A DNA stretch of 64,000 bases from Podarcis liolepis. Its lineage: Eukaryota. The notes under the pieces were generated by a model that was not told the DNA's origin, made no database searches, and saw nothing but the letters and a program-made list of their open reading frames with translations. Made by a program: the position numbers and the translations under genes. Of this stretch, positions 37,010-49,810 are shown piece after piece; the stretch's first letter is position 1, and each line of letters begins with the position of its first letter. The stretch is from the NCBI GenBank assembly GCA_965112155.1, contig OZ218099.1. One strand, given 5' to 3'.

Positions 37010-38544
37010 AAATATGAGTTTGACTGTATACCTCTGGCCATTTCCCATCATACATTCTAAAATACTTCCAGGGTCATTCTTGGGTTGTTTGTGTATGGCA
37101 TTCAAAATTCCTTATCACCTCTTATCAATGTACCACTGTTAAGAAATATTACTGCTTACATGACCACTTTTTTATTGGCATGTAGGATTTTATTTAATTT
37201 AAGAAATTTTGCTTTTCAGACGGACCTCACAAAGCAGTTTACATAAGTTGTGACTGATGGACCACCAAAGATTTTTTTTTACCTATATTTCAAGCCATTT
37301 AATGTCTGTTTCATCCCTGGAATGTTAAACCCCACCCCATAAGTTTGAAATAGGAATGGGTTGTCCCAACTTAAATAATCTATTTAACTATACATTACCT
37401 TCCAAAGCCTTGACTGTATGAAGCAAATTAAAGTATAGTATAGTATATAATGTTTAAATATTCAATTGTGCTTCTTACTTGGAAACTGTATATTTTCTAA
37501 GGGCTTAGACCTAATTGAGATAATGTAAATACAACTTGTAAGGGTATCTTGATCTCTGCAGAAGTGTTGATGGAATGAATAGTGCAGGTATTATAATAAT
37601 GTAAGTACAGTGAGTACAGCACTGCTTTTATGTTTTTAATCTGTTAAAATCAAATGTTTCACGTGTTACTGAAGTATCACTGTGAGACATTGAAGGGATT
37701 TGGTCTGTCTGAAACAATTTATCCTAAGAGTTTCCCAGGATAAAACTCTTTAAGTCATAAAACATTTTGGGTCCATGAGCACATTTGCAAACTGAGAAAC
37801 TGCCGTGTGTGTACAAGGAACTCTGGTGGCATGAAGGTAGCACTCTATAGGCACGTGTGACCCTGTGGATGTCATATTGGAAACCCCTGAATTATGTCAA
37901 CTAGTCCATCCTTGCAAGGGTGTAATTTCTTGACCTGGTCGTGATGGGATCCACTTTCCCATACATTTTAAGAATACTAATAAGAAATAGCATTGATGTG
38001 GGAACATAAATCTACATAAATAAAAGTTTAATAATAAAAATAAAATCTCTTTGTTTTTTATAATACCATTTGTAGTAAGTCTCTTTTTAGAAAGAACTTA
38101 CTTGAAGACGAACCTTTAATTTAATGCAGAGATCTTAATAATGTAATCATGATATCCTAACAAGCTGATTGAGTTAAAAGATCTACTTCTTGTACATGGG
38201 AAAGCAATTGTGAAGTAAGATATTTTACTCTTGAGGTTAAACATTATAAATAATACAGTAGGCCTGACTCATACCTAATAGTCAATCTGTTGTTGGTTTT
38301 CTATTGGACAAGTGTACTCTCTTTTCCTGATCTCCTCCTCCTTCCATCCCTCTTAGGGACAAACTGTAGTTTTCCTTTCTGATCAAAATGGGCAAAAAGC
38401 AACTTGCCTCCAAACTTAAATGAAAAATCCATTTCAAGCTCTAATTTCTAGGCAAATTGTGGTTTGTGCAAATCAACGGCAGCCAAGATGGTGCTCTCCA
38501 GATGTTGTTGGATTCGAACTGATTCAATTTGAATCAAATTAGGT

Positions 38545-38727
38545 GGAGCCATTGTTCAGTGGTAAAATCCATGTTTTACACACAGGAGGTCCCAGCTTCA
38601 ACCCCTGGCGCCTCCGGGTAGAAAAGGCTCTTGACTCAGATCCTGGAGAGCCACTTCCAGTCAGTGTAGACAATATTGTTCTAAATGGACCAATGGTCTG
38701 ACTTGTGTGTAAAGCATGTTGTCCTAT
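38545..38727 (+). mobile_element. tRNA-derived SINE (Squam3-like), degraded
   Basis: A/B-box remnants (tcagtggta; gcttcaacccc) and CR1-like tail; related copies at about 44790-44960 and 55488-55680. Confidence 0.7.
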
Positions 38728-40032
38728 GGTTAAAAAGCAGCCTCTGTCATAAAAATTACATTTAGAATGCTTACATTCAGAATTGTTACTAATTAATAGT
38801 ATTTGACATTGACTTCTTGTGATAATACTACGTTAAAATATTATTTGACCACATAGATAATGTACAAGTTGCCTATTTAAATCTGACTCCTATAGATGAA
38901 AGTGCAATCCTGTGCATGTCTACCTGGGAAAAGGTTGTATTAATTTCAGGGGACCATATTCCGTGGTGAGTTTAATGGTGGTTGCAAAACTCCCACCCTC
39001 CTGGACCACTTGAACATAGCTGAAGATCTTGGTAAACCACTTCATGATTTTTCCAGACTGTTATAGCAGTTTTAATGTACTGTGCTAGATGCTGTATGAT
39101 TTTTAATTGTATTCTTATTGCTGCTTTTATTTCTTACGTATTATTGTATCACAATCTGAATTCCATAAAATTCAAATTTGTAATACAATAAGATACAATG
39201 TAAGAAATAGAATATAAGAAGCAGAAATATTACAATTAAAAATAAATGTATATTTTTAATACGATGGGTGTGCTGTCTTCACCCATAAATCCACAGACAT
39301 AACAGAGACCGCCTGAATGGTTTGCAGACCACAGTTTGGGAATCCCTTGGGTATAGGATTACAATCTTAATCTATACTGCTTCAGTTGGTTCCTTGTTGG
39401 GATTTTTAATGGAAGCACCCCACCTTCCTAGACAACCATGTACCTTCTACTTTTGCTTTCCGTCTGTTCAACACACTGTATAACATTCAGAAAGATGATT
39501 TGGTTCCCACAGACCATTGATGTCACCAGTTTTAGTTGAATACAAATTTCATTTCCTTGTTTAAAACAAGAGTTCCTAGTAACTTGAAATAAATCACTCT
39601 GTTTTTATTGCTTTTGATTTTCTTTGCATTGTTTAAAGTGGTTTAAAATAGGTAAAAATACTTGGGCACTTACTGGAACAAATTTTCACAGCTCTTACCG
39701 TAAGGTTGCTATAATCAAAGACAGATGTAGAAAATTATGTAGCATAAATGCTTTTATATTCTCTGGCATTTTCGCTCTTCTTAATTCTGAAATGGTACAT
39801 TGCATTTTTGTCCTTCAAAGCTTAATAATAGGAACTTAGCCAGCTTGATCAGATAACTAATTTTATCCTTCTGTAGTTTTTAAGGAAAAAATATTGGTAA
39901 TGTTTTTATTGCTTGTGAATGTTTAACTTCTGTTTTCTTTTATATGTTGCTCATTGTCAGACGTGTGTGTTGATTTATATAAAATGCTTTGTACCATGAA
40001 AGACTTTGAAGGCTTCTTTGTGACAGGGGATA

Positions 40033-40275
40033 CAGTCGTACCTTGGTTTTCAAACAGCTTAGTTCTCGAACGTTTTGACTCCCGAACGCCGCAAACCTGG
40101 AAGTGACTGTTCTGGTTTGCAAACTATTTTTGGGATCCGAACATCTGACTGGACTTCCATGGCTTCTGATTGGCTGCAAGAGCTTCCTGCAGCCAATCAG
40201 AAGCTGTGCTTTGTTTCCGAACATTTTGGAACGAACTTCCAGAACGGATTCTGTTCAGCTTCTAAGGTACGACTG
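40033..40275. mobile_element. Tc1/mariner-type MITE (CAGTCGTACCTT TIR)
   Basis: TA|cagtcgtacctt ... aaggtacgactg|TA; internal hairpin cttctgattggctgca...tgcagccaatcagaag. Confidence 0.88.
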
Positions 40276-41193
40276 TACTAAGGAATAAAACAATGAAAAC
40301 AATCACTTGGTAAATCTCTAACTTTGTGTTTACACATATGACTAGATTGATAGTTTGGACACTTGGACATTGGACAATCACTGATTATTGTCACATTAAG
40401 ACTTGCATAACTTGAAAGAGACCTGAAAGATCATCTCACCCCTTATACACCTCCTGCAAATACGATGTAAAATTTTCAGGTCAGATTTGTTTAAAAATTT
40501 GTTGTTGACATAAATCATTGTTGTCAATGTAGTCTGCAATAAACCTTTGTTGCTAATTTTTAAAAGAAAAGTATTTTCACACAGTTTGAGAGTGATGGTT
40601 GGGAGTGTGAGCCACAAGCCTTCAATTGATATTCCATCTCAGCTGTGAATTCCCTAGGTGATAATAGGCTATCCACTAATATGACAGCCAACCTATTGGA
40701 AATTAACAAAGATAAGGTTGTGCTTATGATGTTAACTTCATGAATGAATTATTTCAGTGCTGCTTATGTGGAGGTGTCTTTAAGTTGGGACCAGAAACCA
40801 CAGCTAGACTTGTGTGTGAAGCAGACCTAAGGAATTGTACTGGTTACCAGTATGCTACTTAGCCACGCTCAAGGTTTTAAAGTTGGTACATAAGGCCCTA
40901 TATAGCTCAGAACTAGGCTACCTGCAAGAACATCTCTGCCCTCTACAACCCTGTCCAACCACTATGGTGTGCTGAAGAGACTCTGTTGACAGTACCTTGT
41001 GTTTCGGTTGCTTGGATTGTCTGTACATGAAACAGGTCCTTCAATTTGGTGGCACTGGTTCATTGGGACTCCATCCCTCTTTAAGTACACCAAGCATCTA
41101 TGATCTTGGGCTTTCACTTATTCTTTACAAATTTGTAGAGGTATTATTAGTTTGTGTGCAACAAGCTCTACAATAATGCTGACACTTTTAATA

Positions 41194-41419
41194 CAGTGGT
41201 ACCTTGGGTTACATACGCTTCAAGTTACAGACTCCGCTAACCCAGAAATAGTACCTCGGGTTAAGAACTTTGCTTCAGGATGAGAACAGAAATTGTGCTC
41301 TGGCGGCATGGCAGCAGTGGGAGGTCTCATTAGCTAAAGTGGTGCTTCAGGTTAAGAACAGTTTCAGGTTAAGAACAGACCTTCGGAATGAATTAAGTAC
41401 TTAACCCAAGTTACCACTG
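41194..41419 (-). mobile_element. Tc1/mariner-type MITE (CAGTGGTACCTC family), reverse orientation
   Basis: TA-flanked TIRs; reverse complement of the 13597, 45573 and 54253 copies. Confidence 0.9.
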
Positions 41420-43074
41420 TATTAGGAGTAATGATTATAGCGTCAAAATAGTTATTTTGTGGCTGTTACATTGAAGAAATTCAAATTTCAGGTTGCAGTT
41501 CACTACCAACAATAACATTAGATAAACACATATATTTAATAATATTAGTTGTCCTCTTCTTTTTAAATTGTATGAAATGTGCCTTTTAAATCATGCAGTT
41601 CAACATACTAAATATTGAAATTTTAGAAAGGAGAAACTGCCTGTTTAAATATCTCCCGAAGACTAATTTAGTAAAGCTAATCATGAAAGTTAGGCAACCG
41701 ATATATAACAATCTGTCAAAACTAATAAGCATTCAGTGTATGCACAATTTATTTTTTTAAAAAGGCAAGTTTACTTCATGAGTGTAATCTCAATATTAAA
41801 ATTTATTGCTCATTTGAAAACAACGAAAGCCATTCTATACATATATGTATAATTTGTCCCTCTTTCATCAGTAGGTAACAAGGAACATTGCAGTTACATT
41901 TCCTTTCAAAAAATGAAAGCTGACTTAATTAGCAGTCAGCTACTTAATGTTCATTTCCCAACTGAATGGGTGTACACTCAAGGGTGTAGCTTCTTATTCA
42001 TGATCAGGGATATTTATGTAAATAAGTTTACAGTGCCCATATTAAGAAACATCTTTCATATAAATAAATAGTACAATACTGTTTCTAGCTACTGAAATAC
42101 AAATGCTAAGCAAGTGGACCCGTACACAAAATTCATTTATTAATAGTGATCATAAAGATACAGAACTAATAAGCAACATAGAAAAATAATAATAAACATG
42201 TAATTCTTTGATACTCTCAGAAAGGTTAAAAAAATCTATATACAAAATGGAATTTATTGAAAACTTTATAACTGAACCTTTTTTTTAAATGGATGCTAAC
42301 TACTGGCCAGAGTGCTGAAAAGAAAGGAGCAAACCCATATGGCTGCTGCCCCCATTGCTTTTGCTGCTTCCCAGGGAAAGAGTGAGGGTGTTTTGGAGAG
42401 GTGATGGCAGCAGGAGGACTGGTGGTGAGGTGGGCTTTCATGAGCCTCCCAAGTTCTTAAGTATAAGCTCCAATAGGTTTGTGGAATCCCTAGTTTTATG
42501 TCAGCAACCTATGAGAGCGAACTTTTGGAATATACTTGCATTTGTAGCAACTTTGAAAAATCATGACATTTTGGATTTACATACACTGGTGATTTGTGAT
42601 AGATAAATACAGAGAAGTAATTGAATGAATGAAGCTAGTTTGCTACCAAGTTATAGATAAACATGAGCCTGCCCTTACTATTTTTATAGCCAATTGGCAG
42701 CTGCTCTCTAGCAATTTGGGAGAAGAGGGGGATGTACCCATACAAGCACCTAACAAGAGGGGATCGGACAAGTCTATTACCACGAGGGGGTGGAGTTTAG
42801 TTGTGCCTGTTTCTTGCTTTAGTTTTTGTCTCTGGAGTAGAATGGTACCCAGAAAAAGCTTTGATTGGCTCAGAGGTCCTGATACTGAAAAAGAGTTCAT
42901 GTGTCTTTTCTGTAAATGGTGTTATATCCTGAGCACCCATTCAGAATGCTAGGCTTTTGACTCACAAAATGTACACATTAGGACTGCTGCCCAATTAAAG
43001 ATATCTTAATTGATTAATGCAAGTGGGTAAAATATAAAGCAAGAATCATACTTGCTTGGTTTTTATGTTGAAAA

Positions 43075-43340
43075 CGTAAGATGAGCTCCGCTGGGCCAGG
43101 CCAAAGACCCACCTAGAGCAGCATCATGATTTCATAGTTGCCAGTGTGAAGCCCACAAGCAGGGGCAGAGTGCAACAGCACTGTCCTCTCCTTGGCACTT
43201 GTGAGCAACTGGTATTCAGAGGGATACTGCCTCAGACACTGAAGGTAGAGCATAGCTATTGTGACCAGCAGCAATGGATAGCCTTATTCACCATGAATTG
43301 GTCTAATTGTCTTGTAAGCCATCAAAATTAGTGGCCGTTA
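43075..43340 (-). mobile_element. CR1-type 3' fragment, degraded
   Basis: gtaagatgagctccgctgggccaggccaaagacccacctag. Confidence 0.55.
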
Positions 43341-44608
43341 TTTCATCTTGTGCGAGTAAATTTCATAGTTTATTTTGAAGAAGTATATGTGCATGTCATG
43401 TAGCAGGCAGCTTGGAAAGAGGTATTTCCTTCTTTCAAAGAGAAAAGGGAAAATGTCTCTTTTAAGATGGTGTTGTTGATATGCTGTCAAAAATATGGAA
43501 TTTGTCACTATATTCTGCATCTGCATCTTTACTGAACATTTGTCAATGTAGTAGCAAGATAGATAGATAGATGGAGTTGGAAAGAGGACCCAGGAAATTA
43601 CAGACTCATCAGTTTTAAATTCTGTCCTACATAAAGTGGTGGGAAACTGCTATGGAGAGTTTTCTGACCCTCTTGAGCCAGTGGGGCGGCAGAAGTTATG
43701 GTAATGTGCCATTTTTACTGCATGTTAAAGGCACTTTTTCAGAAGTCCACACTGAAGAATGCTATCCAATATGCAATACAAATTCTTCTGCAAAGTATGC
43801 AGCTTTAGTCTTTGAAAGCGCAATGCATCTGTTTCGGGATTATGACCCCATATCAGAAAACTAACTGCTTGAGTTATTGAAAGTTTCATTTAATCAGTTA
43901 TTCACTGATTTGTTCAAATGAGGGGTAGCGAAATTGTGGCCTCCAGATGTTTCTGACCTATAGTACTCATCATTCCTGATAACTGGAAATGTTGACTGGG
44001 GTTGATGGTAGTTGGAGTACAACAACTTATGGAGAGCCATAGGTTAGCTGCTCTAGCGGAGAAGTTTTGTTGTTTTTGTTATTAATATCTGATGTTAAGA
44101 TATTTTAGAATTGTATATTAAGAGCAGCCTACGTTAGTAACAATTCTGTAGCAGATAGTTTTGAAAAAGTAAATTTGTATAGAGGAAAGAGCTAGGTGAA
44201 AATATATCCCATAAGCTTGAATTGTTTGCGTTTTGTATATAAGGGAAACTAGTTTTAAATTGTAATTTTGGGGTAGAATATAAACATTTAAGCTACTGAA
44301 AACATGTCTTGAAAAGAGTTATTCTCATAACAAATCCTCAGTATGAAGTAGTTTACTTGTGGGTCTTCAAAAAGGCCTCCTTGTTCTTGGTCACATAGGT
44401 GGCATAATGCATTCAGTGTATTAAATGTTAAGAAAAACATGCTGAAAACATGGAACAAAGCAATACAACATAAATTATAACGATAGGTATATTTTAAATG
44501 GTCGTGTTTTGTCATGTTTCTTGGCTAATAAAAAATAAAGAAGCTTCAAAATGGTGAAAGATAGAAAATCAAGTGGGGATTACAGTCTCTCCAATCAATT
44601 CCTTAAAG

Positions 44609-44744
44609 CAGGCTTCCTCAAACTTGGCCCTCTAGATGTTTTTGGCCTACAACTCCGATGATCCCTAGCTAGCGGGACCAGTGGTCAGGAATGATGGGAA
44701 CTGTAGTCTCAAAACATCTGGAGGGCCGAGTTTGAGGAACCCTG
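44609..44744. mobile_element. Palindromic hAT MITE (136 bp)
   Basis: Perfect 8-bp TSD ccttaaag (44601-44608 and 44745-44752); long TIRs. Confidence 0.92.
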
Positions 44745-45179
44745 CCTTAAAGAGAGATTGGTGAAGCAGCCCATGTTTTGTGGGGGAAGGGGCACAGTCC
44801 AGTGGTAAAAGAAATTGGTTTGCATGCAGTAGGTCCCAGTTTCAATCCCAGTGTCTCTTGGTAGGCCCAGGATAGATTCCTGTCTGAAACCCTAGAGAGT
44901 AGTTGCAGAGACAGTACTGAGCTAGATGGTACCAGTGGTTAAACAATATAATTATTTCAACTCCCGTATGTCCTAGCCAGCCCGGCCCAGTAGTCAGGGA
45001 TGATGGGAATCGTACATCAATAAAATCTGGAAGATCACGGATTCCTTATATCTGATCTAAATATTACATTCAACTACCTGAGTATATAATCCTCACCACC
45101 ACCATCATCATCCAGGTTGAATTATTGAAATATGTTTTACAAGGGACTGTGTTTGAAAACAGCCCAGAAGCTTCAATTG

Positions 45180-45397
45180 CAGTGGCACCTCTGGTTAAGA
45201 ACTTAATTCATTCTGGAGGTCCGTTCTTAACCTGAAACTGTTCTTAACCTGAGACACCACTTTAGCTAATGGGGCCTCCCGTTGCCACCACCACACGATT
45301 TCTGTTCTCATCCTGAAGCAAAGTTCTTAACCTGAGGTACTATTTCTGGGTTAGCAGAGTCTGTAACCTGAAGCGTCTGTAACCCGAGGTAGCACTG
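45180..45397 (+). mobile_element. Tc1/mariner-type MITE (CAGTGGTACCTC family)
   Basis: Degenerate TIRs, body matches family. Confidence 0.85.
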
Positions 45398-45572
45398 TAG
45401 TGCAGAATGTGATTGCCAGACTGTTGACTGTTGAAGGTTGAAGGCAAACTGATCTTGTAACACCAGTTCTGTTCCATCTGCACTGGCTTCTGAGGTCACT
45501 TCAAGGGACTGATTTTCACCCTTAGATATTTATTCCCTTGTTGAAACTTTTCATAAGTTAAATCAGTCTATA

Positions 45573-45814
45573 CAGTGGTACCTCAGGTTAAGAACTTAAT
45601 TCATTTTGAAGGTCCGTTCTTAACCTGAAACCTTTCTTAACCTGAGGTATCACTTTAGCTAATGGGGCCTCCTGCTGCTGCCACGCCGCCGGAGCACAAT
45701 TTCTGTTCTTATCCTAAAGCAAAGTTCTTAACCTGAAGCACTATTTCTAGGTTAGCGGAGTCTGTAACCTGAAGTGTATGTAACCTGAAGCGTATGTAAC
45801 CTGAGGTACCAATG
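45573..45814 (+). mobile_element. Tc1/mariner-type MITE (CAGTGGTACCTC family)
   Basis: TA|cagtggtacctc ... gaggtaccaatg|TA. Confidence 0.9.
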
Positions 45815-46740
45815 TACAATTTTATCATTTGAATCACATATGTTTGCTTTTTTATCATTCTGAAATGAATTATAATTCATGTTCTCTGCTTGTCTCTTTT
45901 CCTAGTTTCCCTACCCCATGCCTCAGCTGTCAACCTAGAACACGGGCTACAATGACAGCTTTCCTATCCTAAGGGCCATGTGTGCCACCCTTAGAAAAAC
46001 AAATTTCCAGACTGCTGTCAGACAGCTAATATTCTAGGTCTGGGTCACAAACCAAAGGTCCTGTGCCATCAGGACAGACTTTCTAAGAATAGATGTATTT
46101 TTAGCTAGCACATATGGATAAATAGCTTGCACATATAGCTTGCTGGTATTCTATCATAGGTTAGTTAATGAAGTATTTGTGTGTGATAGGAAACGCTATC
46201 TAGGCTAGAGAATATAATTAGGTGGCTGTGGGAGCAACGTCATTGAATGCCTTGACTCTTAATGCATTCAGGCACTCAGCACATTAGCACACTTTCATGG
46301 TCTCTTGCATTTTAATTTCCTCTTGTTAAAAAGGTCAGTAGTGGTGATTCAAGGCTGAAATGAAATGAAAGAATGTGGTTTTTGTATGTGAAACCTGTCA
46401 CCTTAACACTGTCAGTTGTCTGATTCTAATCTGCCTTTTCATTAAATAAACAGTCCATATTTTTGTATGACTATTTTATTAGTTACATGGATATAAGCCT
46501 GCCATCAGATCATTTCACACAGTTGACAAAGTAGGATAGTCAGTGAATGTCCATGTGCAATAAGAACGGTTATTTATTAATCATCTTCCACATATGCCCC
46601 AAAGAATGCACAAAATATAACAAAAACAGTTGCAAAACAACACAAAAAACAGCAGAAGATTAGTTATGAACAATACCTGTGTCAGCGATCTATTCACCCA
46701 GATGAGAAGGCTTAAATGTAAATAGCTAGATGGGAGAATA

Positions 46741-47207
46741 CTGTGTTTTTCCATGTATAAGATGATGCTTTTTGCTAAAGAAAATTAGGAAAAATTTGAG
46801 TGTCATCTTATACATGGATAGTGAATGCAGAGGGGGGATGTACAATTAATGGCAGCAACAAGCAGGAGATTGGCAGCGGCGATTGGGTGGGTGATTGTGG
46901 CTGCGGCAAGGCCTGCTAGCAATTGGCTGTGGCTGCAGCAATTGGGCAGGTGTTTGGCGGCTATGGCAAGGCAGGCAGGCGATTGGCGGCTGCGGCAAGT
47001 GGGCGGGTGGGCTGTTGGTGGCTGTGAGCAGGTAGACAATTGGTGGCTGTGGCAAGTTGTGCGAGCAGCAGTGACAGGCAGGTGGGTAAGTGATTGGTGG
47101 AAGTGACCTCCCCCCCCCAATCTAAACAGCTTAGTTTCTTAATTTTGGATTAAAAGAAATAGAGGCCATCTTATACATGGGGGCATCTTATACATGGAAA
47201 AATATGG
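46741..47207. mobile_element. pogo/Tc2-like MITE with internal degenerate minisatellite
   Basis: TA|ctgtgtttttccatgtataagatg ... catcttatacatggaaaaatatgg|TA; internal attggcggctgcggca-type repeats. Confidence 0.8.
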
Positions 47208-47235
47208 TATCTAGGAAACATATGCATTACAGAAT

Positions 47236-49185
47236 TTGTTGTTGTTTAGTTGTGTCCGACTCTTCATGACCCTGTGGACCAGAGCACGCCAGGCACTCCT
47301 GTCTTCCACAGCCTCCCACAGTTTGGTCAACACATGTTGGTAGATTCGAGAACACTATCCAACCATCTCGTCCTCTGTCGTCCCCTTCTCCTTGTGCCCT
47401 CCATCTTTCCCAACATCAGGGTCTTTTCCAGGGAGTCTTCTCTTCTCATGAGGTGGCCAAAGTATTGGAGCCTCAGCTTCGGGATCTATCCTTCCAGTAA
47501 GCACTCAGGGCTGATTTCCTTCAGAATGGATAGGTTTGATCTTCTTGCAGTCCATGGGACTCTCAAGAGTCTCCTCCAGCACCACAATTCAAAAGCATCT
47601 ATTCTTCAGCAATCAGCCTTCTTTATGGTCCAGCTCTCACTTCCATACATCACTATTGGGAAAACCATAGCTTTAACTTGACGGACCTTTGTTGGCAAGG
47701 TGATGTCTCTGCTTTTTAAGATGCAGTCTAGGTTTGTCATTGCTTTTCTCTCAAGAAGCAGGCATCTTTTAATTTCATGACTGCTATCACCATCTGCAGT
47801 GATGATGGAGCTCAAGAAGGTAAAATCTCTCACTGCCTCCATTTCTTCCCCTTCTGTTTGCCAGGAGGTGATGGGACCAGTGGCCATGATCTTAATTTTT
47901 TTGATGTTGAGCTTCAGACCATATTTTGCACTCTCTACTTTCACCCTCATTAAAAGGTTCTTTAATTCCTCCTCACTTTCTGCCATCAAGGTTGTGTCAT
48001 CTGCGTATCTGAGGTTGTTGATATTTCTTCCGGCAATCTTAATTCCGGCTTGGGATTCATCCAGCCCAGCCTTTCGCATGATGAATTCTGCATAAAAGTT
48101 AAATAAACAGGGAGACAATATACAGCCTTGTCGTACTCTTGTTCCATACCCAGTTCTAGCTGTAGCTTCTTGTCCCACATAGAGATTTCTCAGGAGACAG
48201 ATGAGGTGATCAGGCACTCCCATTTCTTTAAGAACTTGCCATAGTTTGCTGTGGTCGACACAGTCAAAGGCTTTTGCATAGTCAATGAAGCAGAAGTAGA
48301 AGGTTTTTTGGAACTCTAGCTTTCTCCATAATCCAGCGCATGTTTGCAATTTGGTCTCTGGTTCCTTTGCCCCTTTGAAATCCAGCTTGCACTTCTGGGA
48401 GTTTTGGTCAACATACTGCTTAAGCCTGCCTTGCAGAATTTTAAGCATAACCTTGCTAGCGTGTGAAATGAGTGCAAATGTGCGGTAGTTGGAGCATTCT
48501 TTGGCACTGCCCTTCTTTGGGATTGGGATGTAGACTGATCTTCTCCAGTCCTCTGGCCACTGCTGAGTTTTCCAAACTTGCTGGCATATTGAGTGTAGCA
48601 CCTTAACAGCATCATCTTTTAAAATTTTAAATAGTTCAGCTGGAATATCATCACTTCCACTGGCCTTGTTATTAGTAGTGCTTTCTAAGGCCCATTTGAC
48701 TTCACTCTCCAGGATGTCTGGCTCAAGGTCAGCAACCACTCTACCTGGGGTGTACGAGACATCCATATCTTTCTGGTATAATTCCTCTGTGTATTCTTGC
48801 CACCTCTTCTTGATGTCTTCTGCTTCTGTTAGGTCCTTATCACTTTTGTCCTTTATTATGGTAATCTTTGTACGAAATGTTCCTTTCATATCTCCAATTT
48901 TCTTGAACAGATCTCTGGTTTTTCCCATTCTATTGTTTTCCTATATTTCTTTGCATTGCTCATTTAAGAAGGCCCTCTTGTCTCTCCTTGCTATTTTTTT
49001 GGAAATCTGCATCCAATTTCCTGGCTTGAATAACTCAAGAGAAGCTATGAGCTATGCCATGCAGGGCCACCCAAGACAGACAGGTCATAGTGGAGAGTTT
49101 TGACCAAACGTGATCCACCTGGAGTAGGAACCGGCAAGCCACTCCAGTATCCATGCCAAGAAAACTCCATGGACAAAGACAACAG
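47236..49185 (-). mobile_element. BovB (RTE) LINE, non-functional, with RT domain and an inverted 5' segment
   Basis: ORF 47606-48928 with FIDYAKAFD, VRQGCILSP and LRYADD; frameshifts; (CAA)n tail; 12-bp TSD gcattacagaat (47224-47235 and 49186-49197). Confidence 0.95.
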
Positions 49186-49212
49186 GCATTACAGAATAGT
49201 GAAAACTTAATA

Positions 49213-49810
49213 CAGTGGTACCTCGGTTTACGGGACGCGGGTGGCGCTGTGGGTAAAACCTCAGCGCCTAGGACTTGCTGATCGCATGGTCGGCGGTTCG
49301 AATCCCCGCGGCGTGGTGCGCTCCCGTTGCTCGGTCCCAGCGCCTGCCAACCTAGCAGTTCGAAAGCACCCTCGGGTGCAAGTAGATAAATAGGGACCGC
49401 TTACTAGCGGGAAGGTAAACGGTGTTTCCGTGTGCTGCGCTGCCTCGCCAGAGCAGCTTCGTCACGCTGGCCACGTGACCCGGAAGTGTCTGCGGACAGC
49501 ACTGGCTCCCGGCCTCTAGAGTGAGATGAGCGCACAACCCTAGAGTCTGGCAAGACTGGCCCGTACGGGCAGGGGTACCTTTACCTTTTTTTACCTCGGT
49601 TTACGAACTTAATCCATTCCAAAAGTCCATTCTTAAACCAAAACCACTCTTAAACTGAGGCATGCTTTCTTTAATGAGGCCTCCTGCCACCGGTGCCCTT
49701 CCACCATTTGGATTTCATTCTTAGACCAAGGTAATGTTCAGAAACCGGGACACTACTTCCAGTTTTACCGAGTTCGTAAACAGGACTGTTCTTAAATCGA
49801 GATACCACTG
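49213..49810. mobile_element. Tc1/mariner-type MITE interrupted by a Sauria SINE
   Basis: TA|cagtggtacctcggttt ... aaatcgagataccactg|TA. Confidence 0.85.
49232..49591 (+). mobile_element. Full-length young Sauria SINE nested in a MITE TIR
   Basis: gggacgcgggtggcgc head, ggttcgaatcc B box, ACCTTT tail, 13-bp TSD tacctcggtttac (49219-49231 and 49592-49604). Confidence 0.95.

Noticed and set aside
38545-38620. tRNA-like sequence (also at 44790, 49232 and 55488)
   Set aside because: These are heads of tRNA-derived SINEs with no complete cloverleaf.
46825-47106. Regular short repeats as a CRISPR-like array or coding repeat
   Set aside because: Degenerate minisatellite inside a TA-flanked MITE in vertebrate DNA; no constant repeat / unique spacer structure.
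47606-48928. 440-aa ORF as a functional antisense gene
   Set aside because: BovB RT remnant with an out-of-frame stretch, a deletion, a premature end and no endonuclease domain.
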